A DNA stretch of 64,000 nt from Oscillospiraceae bacterium (GCA_051881855.1 JBJEQR010000012.1:103-64102); one strand, 5' to 3'; positions 18,848 to 27,969 are shown, numbered from the stretch's first letter. Notes: generated by a model not told the origin, from the letters alone. Translations and numbers: made by a program.

Positions 18848-19903
18848 ATGACCCATACCGTTAGCTTTCCGGGCCTCGGCCTCGAGTTTGAAATTAACCG
18901 CGTGGCTTTCAGCCTCGGAAGCATAGATATTTACTGGTACGCGGTAATCATTGCCGTGGGCTTCTGCCTCGCGCTCTGGTTCATTTTCAAAAACGTCAAA
19001 AAATTCGGCATAGACGGCGACAGAGCCATAGACGTGATTTTCTTTGCCATGATTTTCGGGATAGTAGGCGCAAGGCTCTATTTCGTGGCCTTTCAGTGGG
19101 AGAACTACGCCGGTAACCTTGCGGAGATTTTCAATATCCGCGGCGGCGGCCTCGGCTTCTACGGCGGAATTATCGGTGGAATCATCGGCATCTGGCTCGG
19201 CTGCAAAATAAGGAAAGTTCCTTTCTGGCCATTTATGGATATGGCCGCCGCCGCTGTGCTTATAGGTCAGGGCGTGGGCCGCTGGGGCAACTTCGTAAAC
19301 GGCGAGTGCTTCGGCTGCAACACAAACCTTCCCTGGGGAATGACCGGGGACAATATCGTAGGCTATATCCTCACCCATTCCTCCGATGAAATGGGCTTTG
19401 CCATGGACCCGACCATCCCTGTGCACCCGACCTTCTTTTATGAATCCCTCTGGTGCGCCATTGGCTTCGGAGTCTATCTTTTCCTAATGAAAAGACGCCG
19501 CTTCGACGGCGAGATGTTCCTCTTTTATATCGGCTGGAACGGCTTCGGAAGAATGCTTATTGAGGGCCTTCGCACCGACAGCCTCATGCTCGGCAGTTTC
19601 CGTGTATCCCAGCTCCTCGGCGGGCTCATGGCCGCTTCGGCTCTTGTCATCTGGCTCGTTATCCGCTCCAGAATCAAACGCGAAAATGACCCGTCCTATA
19701 TGATGCTCTGGCGGGATACGGAGGCCGGAAAGCTCCAGGCGGAGGGCAAATGGGATTACAGCAAAAACGCTCCCAAAGAGGAGCCCGCCGCTGAGTCTTC
19801 CGCTGGGGAAACAGCCTCCCCGGAAGAGCCCGCTGAAAACAGCGCGGCGCAGGGGGAGGAGCCTGCTCCGGAAACCGAAGCAGAGGAAAGCCCCAACGAA
19901 TAA
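18848..19903 (+). CDS. lgt: Prolipoprotein diacylglyceryl transferase, with a Pro/Glu/Ala-rich C-terminal tail
   Basis: GRWGNFVNGE, HPTFFYESLW and GRMLIEGLRTD motifs. A low-complexity acidic extension follows the last TM helix. Confidence 0.9.
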   Translation: MTHTVSFPGLGLEFEINRVAFSLGSIDIYWYAVIIAVGFCLALWFIFKNVKKFGIDGDRAIDVIFFAMIFGIVGARLYFVAFQWENYAGNLAEIFNIRGGGLGFYGGIIGGIIGIWLGCKIRKVPFWPFMDMAAAAVLIGQGVGRWGNFVNGECFGCNTNLPWGMTGDNIVGYILTHSSDEMGFAMDPTIPVHPTFFYESLWCAIGFGVYLFLMKRRRFDGEMFLFYIGWNGFGRMLIEGLRTDSLMLGSFRVSQLLGGLMAASALVIWLVIRSRIKRENDPSYMMLWRDTEAGKLQAEGKWDYSKNAPKEEPAAESSAGETASPEEPAENSAAQGEEPAPETEAEESPNE

Positions 19904-19926
19904 TTTGTCAGAAGGAGGCCTTTTCC

Positions 19927-20784
19927 ATGGCAGTTCTTATAGATGGCAAAAGCATTGCGGCAAAGGTCCGATCCGAACTCAGGGAACAGGTGACCGCAAT
20001 GGCAAGGGAACTCAAAAAGAGGCCGGCCCTTGCGGTGATAATCGTAGGCGAGGACCCCGCCTCCCAGCTTTACGTCCGCAATAAACAGCGCGCCTGTGAG
20101 GACGTGGGAATACTGAGCGAGATTTACACCCTCGGCGAAAATGTGAGCCAGGAAAGCCTTGAATATATCATAAATTCTCTTGCAGAGCGGAAGGATATAG
20201 ACGGAATCCTGCTCCAGCTTCCTCTGCCGAAGGGGCTTGACGCCGAAAGGGCTCTCAGGTGTATTCCTCCGGAAAAGGACGTGGACGCCTTCCACCCGGA
20301 GAACGTTGGACACGTCATGCGTGGGGATTACAGATTTTTGCCCTGCACTCCGGCCGGCGTCATGGAGCTTCTTTCCCGCTATGATATAGACGTAGAGGGA
20401 AAGGACTGCGTGGTCATCGGAAGAAGCAATATAGTGGGCAAACCCATGGCTATGATGCTTCTCCACAAGGGAGGCACAGTGACAATCTGCCACAGCAAGA
20501 CCCAAAACCTCGCTGAGCACACCCGCCGGGCGGATATCCTTGTTTCCGCCGTTGGGAAAGCGGGATTTGTCACTGCCGACATGGTGAAAGAGGACGCCGT
20601 AGTCATTGACGTCGGCATCAACCGCGGCGCGGACGGAAAGCTCTGCGGAGACGTGGATTTTGTCGCCGTCGAGCCGAAAGCAGGCTATATAACTCCCGTT
20701 CCCGGCGGAGTCGGCCCCATGACTGTCGCAATGCTTATGAAAAATACCGTAAAAGCGGCGGAATTAAGCCGAAAAACCTATTGA
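19927..20784 (+). CDS. folD: Bifunctional 5,10-methylene-THF dehydrogenase / 5,10-methenyl-THF cyclohydrolase
   Basis: IDGKSIA, GILLQLPLP, VIGRSNIVGKPMAMML and PVPGGVGPMTVAMLM. Confidence 0.95.
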   Translation: MAVLIDGKSIAAKVRSELREQVTAMARELKKRPALAVIIVGEDPASQLYVRNKQRACEDVGILSEIYTLGENVSQESLEYIINSLAERKDIDGILLQLPLPKGLDAERALRCIPPEKDVDAFHPENVGHVMRGDYRFLPCTPAGVMELLSRYDIDVEGKDCVVIGRSNIVGKPMAMMLLHKGGTVTICHSKTQNLAEHTRRADILVSAVGKAGFVTADMVKEDAVVIDVGINRGADGKLCGDVDFVAVEPKAGYITPVPGGVGPMTVAMLMKNTVKAAELSRKTY

Positions 20785-20809
20785 CAAGGTATGCACAAAA
20801 TGTTATAAT
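20781..20809 (+). promoter_or_regulatory. Sigma-A promoter of rplU-prp-rpmA
   Basis: TTGACA at 20781-20786, 17-nt spacer, extended -10 TGtTATAAT at 20801-20809. Confidence 0.75.
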
Positions 20810-20811
20810 CT

Positions 20812-20899
20812 TTCTTGCCGCATGCACCTGGCTTTATAAGTGCGTCCTTTTTTAAGGCCGCCGCCACACGCAGCGAGACTTAAACAAAGAAGGAATATC
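20812..20899 (+). promoter_or_regulatory. 5' leader of rplU (possible L21 ribosomal-protein leader)
   Basis: A ~90-nt untranslated leader lies between a consensus promoter and rplU. Firmicutes are known to carry an L21 leader here. I did not verify the fold. Confidence 0.3.
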
Positions 20900-21208
20900 A
20901 TGTACGCAGTAATCGAAACCGGCGGAAAACAGTACCGTGTAGAAGCTAACGATACTATTTACGTTGAAAAACTCGAAGCCAGCGAAGGCGAAGAAGTTAC
21001 CCTCGATAAGGTTCTTGTTCTTGGCGGCGAAAGCCTCAAAGTCGGCGCACCTTATGTTGAAGGCGCAAAAGTCACCGCAAAAGTCGTTAAAAACGGCAAA
21101 GGCAAGAAGATCCACGTTTTCACCTATCGTTCCAAAAAAGGCAGCAAACGCGCTCTCGGTCATCGTCAGCCCTATACCAAACTTGTTGTTGAGGCTATCG
21201 AAGGCTGA
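20900..21208 (+). CDS. rplU: 50S ribosomal protein L21
   Basis: [14 protein letters not shown] at the N-terminus. The ORF-track start at 20840 lies in the leader. ATG 20900 follows GAAGGAA. Confidence 0.95.
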   Translation: MYAVIETGGKQYRVEANDTIYVEKLEASEGEEVTLDKVLVLGGESLKVGAPYVEGAKVTAKVVKNGKGKKIHVFTYRSKKGSKRALGHRQPYTKLVVEAIEG

Positions 21209-21213
21209 TTGAG

Positions 21214-21531
21214 ATGATCCGCGCGGAGTTCTTTTATAAAAAAGGAGAGCCTGTCAAGTTCGTAATAAGCGGACATGCGGGCTATGCTGAAAGCGGAAAA
21301 GACATTGTGTGTGCTTCGGTAAGCTCAGCCGTGCAAATGGCGATTAACGGAATAACCGAAGTTGTGAAAATAAAATGCGAGGTCAACGTGCACGGAGATA
21401 CCATTGAGTGTATCCTCCCGCCGAGCCCCCGCCCGGCCGCATGGCACTTTGTGTCTGCGCTGAGGCTTCAGCTTCACAACCTGTCCGAGGACTTCCCGAA
21501 GACCATCAACCTTATAATTACGGAGGTATAA
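21214..21531 (+). CDS. prp: Ribosomal-processing cysteine protease Prp
   Basis: [20 protein letters not shown] carries the catalytic His/Cys. It occupies the conserved position between rplU and rpmA. Confidence 0.85.
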   Translation: MIRAEFFYKKGEPVKFVISGHAGYAESGKDIVCASVSSAVQMAINGITEVVKIKCEVNVHGDTIECILPPSPRPAAWHFVSALRLQLHNLSEDFPKTINLIITEV

Positions 21532-21535
21532 TAAC

Positions 21536-21820
21536 ATGCTTAGAATCAGTATGCAGTTCTTCGCCCATAAAAAAGGTATGGGCTCCACCAAAAACGGCCG
21601 TGATTCCGAATCCAAACGCCTCGGCGCAAAAAGAGCTGACGGTCAGTTTGTTCTTGCAGGAAACATTCTTGTAAGACAGCGCGGAACTCACATTCATCCC
21701 GGCGCAAACGTCGGCAAAGGCTCCGACGATACCCTTTACGCTCTTTCCGACGGTGTTGTAAGATTCGAGCGCCTCGGCGCCGACCGCAAAAAGGTAAGCG
21801 TATATCCTGTTGAGCAGTAA
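21536..21820 (+). CDS. rpmA: 50S ribosomal protein L27 with N-terminal propeptide
   Basis: [24 protein letters not shown]: an N-terminal extension ending in QFF precedes the mature AHKKG, which is the known Prp cleavage context. Confidence 0.95.
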   Translation: MLRISMQFFAHKKGMGSTKNGRDSESKRLGAKRADGQFVLAGNILVRQRGTHIHPGANVGKGSDDTLYALSDGVVRFERLGADRKKVSVYPVEQ

Positions 21821-21834
21821 TTGCTTGCTAAAGA

Positions 21835-21861
21835 AAGGGACGGCGTGATCCGTCCCTTTTT
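21835..21861 (+). terminator. Rho-independent terminator after rpmA
   Basis: Stem GGGACGG / CCGTCCC followed by TTTTT. Confidence 0.8.
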
Positions 21862-21931
21862 GTTTTCTGCCGCCTTTTGCGTAGTTTGCGGCAAAACGAA
21901 CAGAGTATAACCAAAAAACGGAGGTAAATCA

Positions 21932-23197
21932 ATGTTTGTCGATACGGCAAAAATAAGAATAAAGGCCGGAAACGGCGGAAACGGAGCTGTTTCCTTCCAC
22001 CGCGAGAAGTTTGTGAATGCCGGCGGCCCTGACGGCGGAGACGGCGGCAGAGGCGGCAACATCGTTTTTGTCGGCGACACCAACATTTCAAGCCTTATTG
22101 ATTTCAAATATAAAAAGCGCTATACCGCAGAGGACGGAAAGCCCGGCGCCGCAAAGCGCTGCTCGGGCAAATCCGCACCCGACCTTGTAATAAAGGTTCC
22201 CGTGGGCACCCTTATTCGCGAGGCGGAGACAGGGCGCGTTTTGGCGGATATTTCTGATAAGGAGCCTCACGTCGTTGCCCGGGGCGGAAAGGGCGGCTGG
22301 GGCAACACCCATTTTGCCACCCCCACCCGCCAGATTCCTAAATTCGCGAAACCCGGCTATCCGGGTGAGGAGATGGAGGTCACTCTCGAGCTCAAGCTCC
22401 TTGCGGACGTGGGCCTCGTGGGCTTCCCCAACGTAGGAAAGAGCACGCTTATTTCCGTGGTTTCCGCCGCGAAGCCGGAAATAGCCAGTTATCCCTTTAC
22501 CACCCTGACTCCCGTTCTCGGCGTCGTCCGGGTGGAGGAGGGCAGCTCCTTTGTCATGGCGGACATTCCCGGCCTCATTGAGGGCGCCGCTGAGGGAGTG
22601 GGCCTCGGCCACGATTTTCTCCGCCACGTGGAGCGCTGCCGACTTATCCTTCATATAGTTGACATCTCCGCTATGGAGGACAGGGACCCCATTGATGACT
22701 ATAAAAAGATAAACGCCGAGCTTGAAAAGTTCAATCCCGAGCTTGCGAAGCGCCCCCAAATCGTCGCTCTCAACAAGGCCGACGCCGCTATCGAGGAAAT
22801 GATAGATGAGTTCAACGACTTTGCGAAGGAGCAGGGTTTCGAGACCTACCTCATCTCCGCCGCCACCGGCGAGGGTGTGAAGGAGCTTATGAATGCGGTG
22901 GAAACTGAACTTGCGAAGCTCCCGCCCGTAATCAGATACGAGGCAGAGGCACCCGTGCGTGAGGAAATAACCTCCAAGCAGGAGTTTGAGATCCACGTGG
23001 AGGATGGCGTATATATTGTCGAAGCGCCCTGGCTTGCCCATGCTCTGGGCTTTGTGGATCTGGACGACTATGAATCCCTCCAGTATTTCCAGAGGGTGCT
23101 CCGCCTTTCCGGAATCATTGACAAGCTTGAGGAAATGGGCATAAATGAGGGCGACACCGTCAGCATACTCAATATTGAATTTGATTACATGAGATAA
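21932..23197 (+). CDS. obg: GTPase Obg/CgtA
   Basis: N-terminal Gly-rich Obg fold (GNGGNGAVSFHREKF), G1 GFPNVGKST, DIPGLIEGA, NKAD, and a C-terminal OCT domain. Confidence 0.95.
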   Translation: MFVDTAKIRIKAGNGGNGAVSFHREKFVNAGGPDGGDGGRGGNIVFVGDTNISSLIDFKYKKRYTAEDGKPGAAKRCSGKSAPDLVIKVPVGTLIREAETGRVLADISDKEPHVVARGGKGGWGNTHFATPTRQIPKFAKPGYPGEEMEVTLELKLLADVGLVGFPNVGKSTLISVVSAAKPEIASYPFTTLTPVLGVVRVEEGSSFVMADIPGLIEGAAEGVGLGHDFLRHVERCRLILHIVDISAMEDRDPIDDYKKINAELEKFNPELAKRPQIVALNKADAAIEEMIDEFNDFAKEQGFETYLISAATGEGVKELMNAVETELAKLPPVIRYEAEAPVREEITSKQEFEIHVEDGVYIVEAPWLAHALGFVDLDDYESLQYFQRVLRLSGIIDKLEEMGINEGDTVSILNIEFDYMR

Positions 23198-23204
23198 AAA
23201 ACAC

Positions 23205-23233
23205 CGGCCCCCGCTTTAAAAGCGGGGGCTTTG
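23205..23233 (+). terminator. Rho-independent terminator after obg
   Basis: Stem GCCCCCGC / GCGGGGGC with loop TTTAAAA, followed by TTT. Confidence 0.8.
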
Positions 23234-23336
23234 TCATAAATTTTTCTGAAATTTTCTAATTTATTTAACAACTTGCAGAAAAAATGGTGTATAATCAATA
23301 TGTTATTCACAAGATAAAGTCAGCAGAGGTGAAAGT

Positions 23337-24476
23337 ATGAAAATCGAATGGAAAACCTGCCTGAAAATCGGCGTGAGCATATTTGCGCTTTACCTGTGCA
23401 TTTACTACTGGCCGACAGCGGCACATTTTATCGCCGTGCTTCTCGGGGCAGCATACCCGCTGTTCCTTGGCTTTGCCTTTGCCTATATTGTAAACATACT
23501 TATGAGCTTCTACGAGCGCCACTATTTTCCCGGGAAAACGGAGGGCTTTGCCGCAAAGAGCAGGAGAACGGTATGCATGCTGGGCTCCTTTCTGACGGCC
23601 ATTGCCATCATTGCCCTTATTATCGGCCTTGTGGTGCCCCAGTTTGTGTCTTGTATCAAGACTATATTTGATTTGCTGCCTGGCGCAATCGAGAGCATTG
23701 TGGATTTGGCGGAGGAATATAATCTCATCTCCGGAAACTATGCTGAGCTTCTCTCGTCCATCGACTGGCAGTCGAAAATCGAGCAGATAATCCAGGCCTT
23801 CACCTCAGGTCTCGGCAGCTTTATGAGCACCGTAGTGCAGACCGTGTCCTCCGTTGCTTCCACAGTGGTGACGTATATAATGGGCCTCATTTTTGCCATA
23901 TATCTGCTTCTTGATAAAGACAGGCTCAGTGCTCAGGGTAACAGAATCATTCACCACTACCTGAAGCCCGCGCTCTGTGAAAAAATACATTACGTTCTCT
24001 CCGTGCTCAATGACAGCTTCCACCGTTTCATCGTGGGTCAGTGCACCGAGGCCGTGATTCTCGGCGTGCTCTGCACCATAGGAATGTTGATTCTCCGCCT
24101 GCCGTATGCGACCATGATAGGAGCCCTCATAGCGTTCACTGCCCTTATCCCCGTGGCGGGAGCATGGATAGGCGGCGGCATAGGCGCGTTTATGATACTC
24201 ACGGAATCCCCCATAAAAGCGCTTATATTTATCATTTTCATTGTCATACTTCAGAATCTCGAAAACAATTTCATTTATCCCCATGTGGTGGGCTCCTCCA
24301 TCGGCCTGCCGGGTATATGGGTGCTTGCGGCGGTGACCGTCGGCGGCGGGCTTATGGGCGTGTTTGGAATGCTCCTTGGAGTGCCCATTGTTTCCGCCCT
24401 CTACCGTATTCTCCGGGAGGATATGGACGGTACCGGAAACTTGAGAATGCCGAAAAAAACGGAAACAGAAAGCTGA
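23337..24476 (+). CDS. AI-2E family transporter (PerM/YhhT-like)
   Basis: Eight-TM-type membrane protein with ALIPVAGAWIGG and ENNFIYPHVVG motifs. Confidence 0.85.
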   Translation: MKIEWKTCLKIGVSIFALYLCIYYWPTAAHFIAVLLGAAYPLFLGFAFAYIVNILMSFYERHYFPGKTEGFAAKSRRTVCMLGSFLTAIAIIALIIGLVVPQFVSCIKTIFDLLPGAIESIVDLAEEYNLISGNYAELLSSIDWQSKIEQIIQAFTSGLGSFMSTVVQTVSSVASTVVTYIMGLIFAIYLLLDKDRLSAQGNRIIHHYLKPALCEKIHYVLSVLNDSFHRFIVGQCTEAVILGVLCTIGMLILRLPYATMIGALIAFTALIPVAGAWIGGGIGAFMILTESPIKALIFIIFIVILQNLENNFIYPHVVGSSIGLPGIWVLAAVTVGGGLMGVFGMLLGVPIVSALYRILREDMDGTGNLRMPKKTETES

Positions 24477-24477
24477 G

Positions 24478-24510
24478 AAAAGCCGTGGAAACTCCACGGC
24501 TTTTTGTTTT
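24478..24510 (+). terminator. Rho-independent terminator after the AI-2E transporter gene
   Basis: Stem AGCCGTGGA / TCCACGGCT followed by TTTTGTTTT. Confidence 0.85.
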
Positions 24511-24633
24511 GTAAAAGAATCTGAGAATGTAAAAAATGCGCATAACTCCGGGCATTTCCGGTATAAATATTCATGTTGATAAAACCGCTGCGGAATGGTA
24601 AAATATATATTATAAAACGGAAAGGCGGCGTTT

Positions 24634-25053
24634 GTGATTTTGCTTGAAACCTCTGAAAAAGTACCAACCTCTGCCCTCAACGGGCTCTCCCTTGCCTTTG
24701 TGGGGGATTCGGTATATGAAACTGTCGTGCGTGAGCATCTTCTGGAGAATGGCTCCATGCCCGTTGGAAAGCTGCACCGCCTCGCAGTGAAAATGGTCTG
24801 CGCCCAGGCGCAGGCGCATTTTTTCGACGTTTTTGAGCCGCTTCTTTCGGAGGAGGAGCATGATATACTCATGCGGGGCCGCAATGCAAGCTCCAGCCAC
24901 GTTCCGAAAGGTGCCTGCGCCATCGAGTACAGAAAGGCCACCGGAGTTGAAGCGCTTTTCGGTTGGCTCTATCTGAACGGCAAGAATGAACGCATACGCG
25001 GTCTGTTCGATTTGATGCTTGAAAATCTTCCGGAAGGGGTGGACGAGGCTTGA
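24634..25053 (+). CDS. mrnC: Mini-ribonuclease 3
   Basis: LAFVGDSVYE carries the RNase III signature. It has no dsRBD, contains RGRNA, is 139 aa long and uses a GTG start. Confidence 0.85.
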   Translation: MILLETSEKVPTSALNGLSLAFVGDSVYETVVREHLLENGSMPVGKLHRLAVKMVCAQAQAHFFDVFEPLLSEEEHDILMRGRNASSSHVPKGACAIEYRKATGVEALFGWLYLNGKNERIRGLFDLMLENLPEGVDEA

Positions 25054-25910
25054 CAAGGGAAAGGGTCATTGAGTTTGCGAAGGATATAGGAATGGATATA
25101 GTCGGCTCGCTTTTCTATGCCGCCGGAGTAAATATTTTTACAACGCCCAATGATATAGCCCCGGGCGGCGTCACCGGTATCGCCACTGTGCTCCACTCCG
25201 TCACGGGAATGCAGGTGGGTACTCTCAGCTTCCTGCTCAATATTCCGCTTTTGATACTGGGTTTTGTGGTACTCGGGAAGAGAACCATGCTCAATACCTT
25301 CCGCACCCTGCTGATACTGACCGTGATAACCGACTCCACCTATTTCATAATGCCGCAGTATACGAACAATATGCTCGTTTCCGCGATTTTCGGCGGAGCC
25401 GCCATAGGGATCGGCCTCGGCCTCATTTTTCTAAGAGGCTCCACCACCGGCGGAACGGATATTCTCGGCCGGATGATACTCAAAAAAATGCCCCACGTCC
25501 CCCTGGGGAGGATACTGCTCGTAATAGACGTCGTAATCATAGCGGGAGCAGGGCTTTATTACGGCACCCTTGAAGCGGTGCTCTTTGCTTTCGTATCGGT
25601 CTACGCCACGGACTATGCCATTGACGCCGTGCTCGACGGCTCCACGGAGGGCAGGGTGGCCTACGCCATTTCTGATAAGTATGAGGAAATAGCGGTCCGG
25701 GTGATGGACGAACTGGAGCGGGGCATAACCTATATAAACGGCGAGGGCGGTTACCAGAACGCGCCTAAAAAAATCATCATGTGCGCTATGCCGAGCCGTC
25801 AGTTCTCAAATTTCAGGAAGATAGTGTTCGAGGTGGACCCGAAGGCATTTGTAATGTCCATTCCCTCAAAGCACATAATAGGCGAGGGCTTTAAACAGAC
25901 CTTTGAATGA
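25050..25910 (+). CDS. YitT-family membrane protein (C-terminal DUF2179-type domain)
   Basis: IAPGGVTGIA and GSTTGGTDI repeats, plus the C-terminal soluble domain (ITYINGEGGY). TTG start overlapping the mrnC stop. Confidence 0.85.
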   Translation: MTRERVIEFAKDIGMDIVGSLFYAAGVNIFTTPNDIAPGGVTGIATVLHSVTGMQVGTLSFLLNIPLLILGFVVLGKRTMLNTFRTLLILTVITDSTYFIMPQYTNNMLVSAIFGGAAIGIGLGLIFLRGSTTGGTDILGRMILKKMPHVPLGRILLVIDVVIIAGAGLYYGTLEAVLFAFVSVYATDYAIDAVLDGSTEGRVAYAISDKYEEIAVRVMDELERGITYINGEGGYQNAPKKIIMCAMPSRQFSNFRKIVFEVDPKAFVMSIPSKHIIGEGFKQTFE

Positions 25911-25911
25911 C

Positions 25912-25948
25912 AAAAAAAGAAGCTGCAATTTTATGCAGCTTCTTTTTT
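25912..25948 (+). terminator. Rho-independent terminator after the yitT-like gene
   Basis: Stem GAAGCTGCA / TGCAGCTTC followed by TTTTTT. Confidence 0.85.
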
Positions 25949-26037
25949 GTCTGAATAAATCGCCCTATGCGAGGCAAAATATGACTGAAAGAGGCAGAGC
26001 CGCTTTCAAAAATATGTTTTGAACGGAGAAAAATATT

Positions 26038-26196
26038 ATGCCCGAAAATTATTCCAGAGAAAACAGAGCCAATCAGCAGGCCTCCAACAACAAAAACGAT
26101 AAAAGAGCAAATTCCAGCCAGAACAATTCCGGACAGGACAATTCCGGCAGAAACAGCTCCAACAAGAGAAATCAGTCCGCCCAGAACTGCGACTGA
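26038..26196 (+). CDS. 52-codon ORF not in the ORF track: Asn/Gln/Ser-rich hydrophilic small protein
   Basis: My translation is MPENYSRENRANQQASNNKNDKRANSSQNNSGQDNSGRNSSNKRNQSAQNCD. GGAG lies 9 nt upstream of the ATG and a strong terminator lies 9 nt after the stop. It sits directly upstream of yabP. Confidence 0.4.
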   Translation: MPENYSRENRANQQASNNKNDKRANSSQNNSGQDNSGRNSSNKRNQSAQNCD

Positions 26197-26204
26197 GAAA
26201 ACCG

Positions 26205-26241
26205 AAAAAATACCGAAGCCACAGGCTTCGGTATTTTTTTA
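26205..26241 (+). terminator. Rho-independent terminator after the small ORF
   Basis: 12-bp stem AATACCGAAGCC / GGCTTCGGTATT with loop ACA, followed by TTTTT. Confidence 0.85.
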
Positions 26242-26295
26242 TTTATGACCACATAGAATTTAATCAGCAACCATACCTGAAGGAGGACTGAACTT

Positions 26296-26574
26296 ATGTC
26301 CCAGGCGGAAAAAAGAGATATTCCCCACAGCCTCACTCTTGACAGCAGGCAGAAGCTGAAAGCGACGGGCGTTCTGGACGTGGAGGGCTTCGATGAAAAC
26401 TCCGTTTCGGCGATGCTTTCCGACAGAATGCTGACGGTAAGGGGAAAGCACCTTAAAGTCATAGGCTTTTCCGAGGAGAGCGGCGAACTTTCCGTGGAAG
26501 GGGAGATAGAGTCCCTTTCCTATGCCGCAAAGCTTTCGAGGAAGGCCGGGCTGCTTGCAAGGGTATTTAAATGA
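26296..26574 (+). CDS. yabP: Sporulation protein YabP
   Basis: HSLTLDSRQKLKATGVLDVEGFDENSV......LTVRGKHLKV pattern, with yabP-yabQ-divIC-yabR synteny. Confidence 0.85.
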   Translation: MSQAEKRDIPHSLTLDSRQKLKATGVLDVEGFDENSVSAMLSDRMLTVRGKHLKVIGFSEESGELSVEGEIESLSYAAKLSRKAGLLARVFK

Positions 26575-27251
26575 TTTATACTACCGATATTCTCGGGGAC
26601 CAGTGGGAAATATTTTTCGGTTCACTGCTGCTCGGGGTGCTGCTCGGGGGCTGCTACGACGTCGTCCGGGCCTTGCGCATTATTTTTTCAGCCGGAAAAA
26701 AGGTGCTCATCGCGACGGACGCCGTCTATTGCGCTTGGGCTGGCTTTCTTGTGTTTTCGTTTCTCCTTGAAAAAAATTTCGGAATGCCGAGGTTTTACAT
26801 ATATGTGGGCATCGCCATCGGGTTTCTGGCCTGGTATTTCACCATCGGGCAGCTTACCCTGCGCATCGCAAAACTGCTGCGCCGGGCTTTGAGCACGGTA
26901 AAAAGAGTAATTATAAAACCGGTGCTCAGGCTTTTTAGGAAAATATTCGGTTTTTTCATCAAAAAGGCTGAAAAATTTGAAAATATTTTGGCCAAAAGGC
27001 TTTCATCCGGCAAAAAACTATTGAAAAAGGAAAGCAAGCGGGTGTATAATAAACTATATCTAAGCAGCAAAAAGGTTTTTCCGTTTTGCGGGGGAAAAAC
27101 CGGAAAGGAGCCCGGAAGTTTTGAAAGCAAAGGAACAGAAAAGAAAGAAGAATCTTTTGCTCAGAGTCGCAGTTATTGCCTTCGGAGTGTATCTCCTGTA
27201 CTCAATGATAGCGACTCAGGCGAACATATCCGAAAAAAAGGCGGAACTTGA
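26571..27251 (+). CDS. yabQ: Spore cortex biosynthesis protein YabQ (with a long Lys-rich tail)
   Basis: FFGSLLLGVLLGGCYDVVRALR in the first TM helix. ATGA overlap with yabP. The 3' 131 nt overlap divIC in another frame. Confidence 0.7.
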   Translation: MIYTTDILGDQWEIFFGSLLLGVLLGGCYDVVRALRIIFSAGKKVLIATDAVYCAWAGFLVFSFLLEKNFGMPRFYIYVGIAIGFLAWYFTIGQLTLRIAKLLRRALSTVKRVIIKPVLRLFRKIFGFFIKKAEKFENILAKRLSSGKKLLKKESKRVYNKLYLSSKKVFPFCGGKTGKEPGSFESKGTEKKEESFAQSRSYCLRSVSPVLNDSDSGEHIRKKGGT

Positions 27252-27417
27252 CACCCTTCGCCAGGAGTATTCTGAGATGCTTATCCGAAACGAAGAGCTT
27301 CAGAAAACTTTGGACAGCTACGGCACGGACGAATTTATAGAGGAGCAGGCCCGGAGCAAGCTCGGCTACGCCTATCCGGACGAGCACTTCTATATTGACG
27401 TTTCCGGAACGGATTGA
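27121..27417 (+). CDS. divIC: Septum formation initiator (FtsB/DivIC family)
   Basis: A single N-terminal TM helix (LLLRVAVIAFGVYLLYSMI), then a coiled coil and a C-terminal KLGYAYPDE motif. A TTG start is required to include the TM helix. Confidence 0.7.
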   Translation: MKAKEQKRKKNLLLRVAVIAFGVYLLYSMIATQANISEKKAELDTLRQEYSEMLIRNEELQKTLDSYGTDEFIEEQARSKLGYAYPDEHFYIDVSGTD

Positions 27418-27450
27418 GCTTATTATTTTTGAGGGGGAACAGTTTCTTTA

Positions 27451-27903
27451 ATGGCAGTTGAAATTGGGTCTGTTGTTGAGGGCAAGGTTTCGGGAATTAC
27501 CAATTTCGGAGTTTTCGTCGACATCGGCGGCGCCACCGGAATGGTACATATCTCCGAGGTCGCGAAAAACTATGTGAAGGATTTAAAGGACTATGTCCAT
27601 ATCGGCCAGGAGGTAAAAGTAAAGGTCATATCCGTATCTCCTGAGGGCAAAATCGGTCTCTCCATGAAGCAGGCTGAGACGCCGGAGCAGCGCGAGGAGC
27701 GCCGCGAAAAATCCCAGCGCCGCCAAAGCGCCCCTGTGCAGAGGGGAGCAGACAGCTTTGAGTTCCGTCCGAAACAGCAGGAAAATCTCTCTTTTGAAGA
27801 TATGATGAGCCGTTTTAAACAGTCCAGCGACGAAAAAATGAGCGACCTTAAAAAGGTTATCGACACCCGCCGGGGGAGCCAGAACCGCCGCTCAAAGCAG
27901 TGA
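27451..27903 (+). CDS. yabR: S1-domain RNA-binding protein
   Basis: S1 fold (VEGKVSGITNFGVFVDIGG.TGMVHISE) followed by a basic tail. It occupies the conserved position after divIC. Confidence 0.85.
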   Translation: MAVEIGSVVEGKVSGITNFGVFVDIGGATGMVHISEVAKNYVKDLKDYVHIGQEVKVKVISVSPEGKIGLSMKQAETPEQREERREKSQRRQSAPVQRGADSFEFRPKQQENLSFEDMMSRFKQSSDEKMSDLKKVIDTRRGSQNRRSKQ

Positions 27904-27929
27904 AACGGCCAAAAACCAGAACTAATATG

Positions 27930-27956
27930 GGGCGGGGGCTTGCCCCCGCTGTTTTA
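27930..27956 (+). terminator. Rho-independent terminator after yabR
   Basis: GC-rich stem GCGGGGG / CCCCCGC followed by TGTTTT. Confidence 0.75.
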
Positions 27957-27969
27957 TTTATAATTTTGT

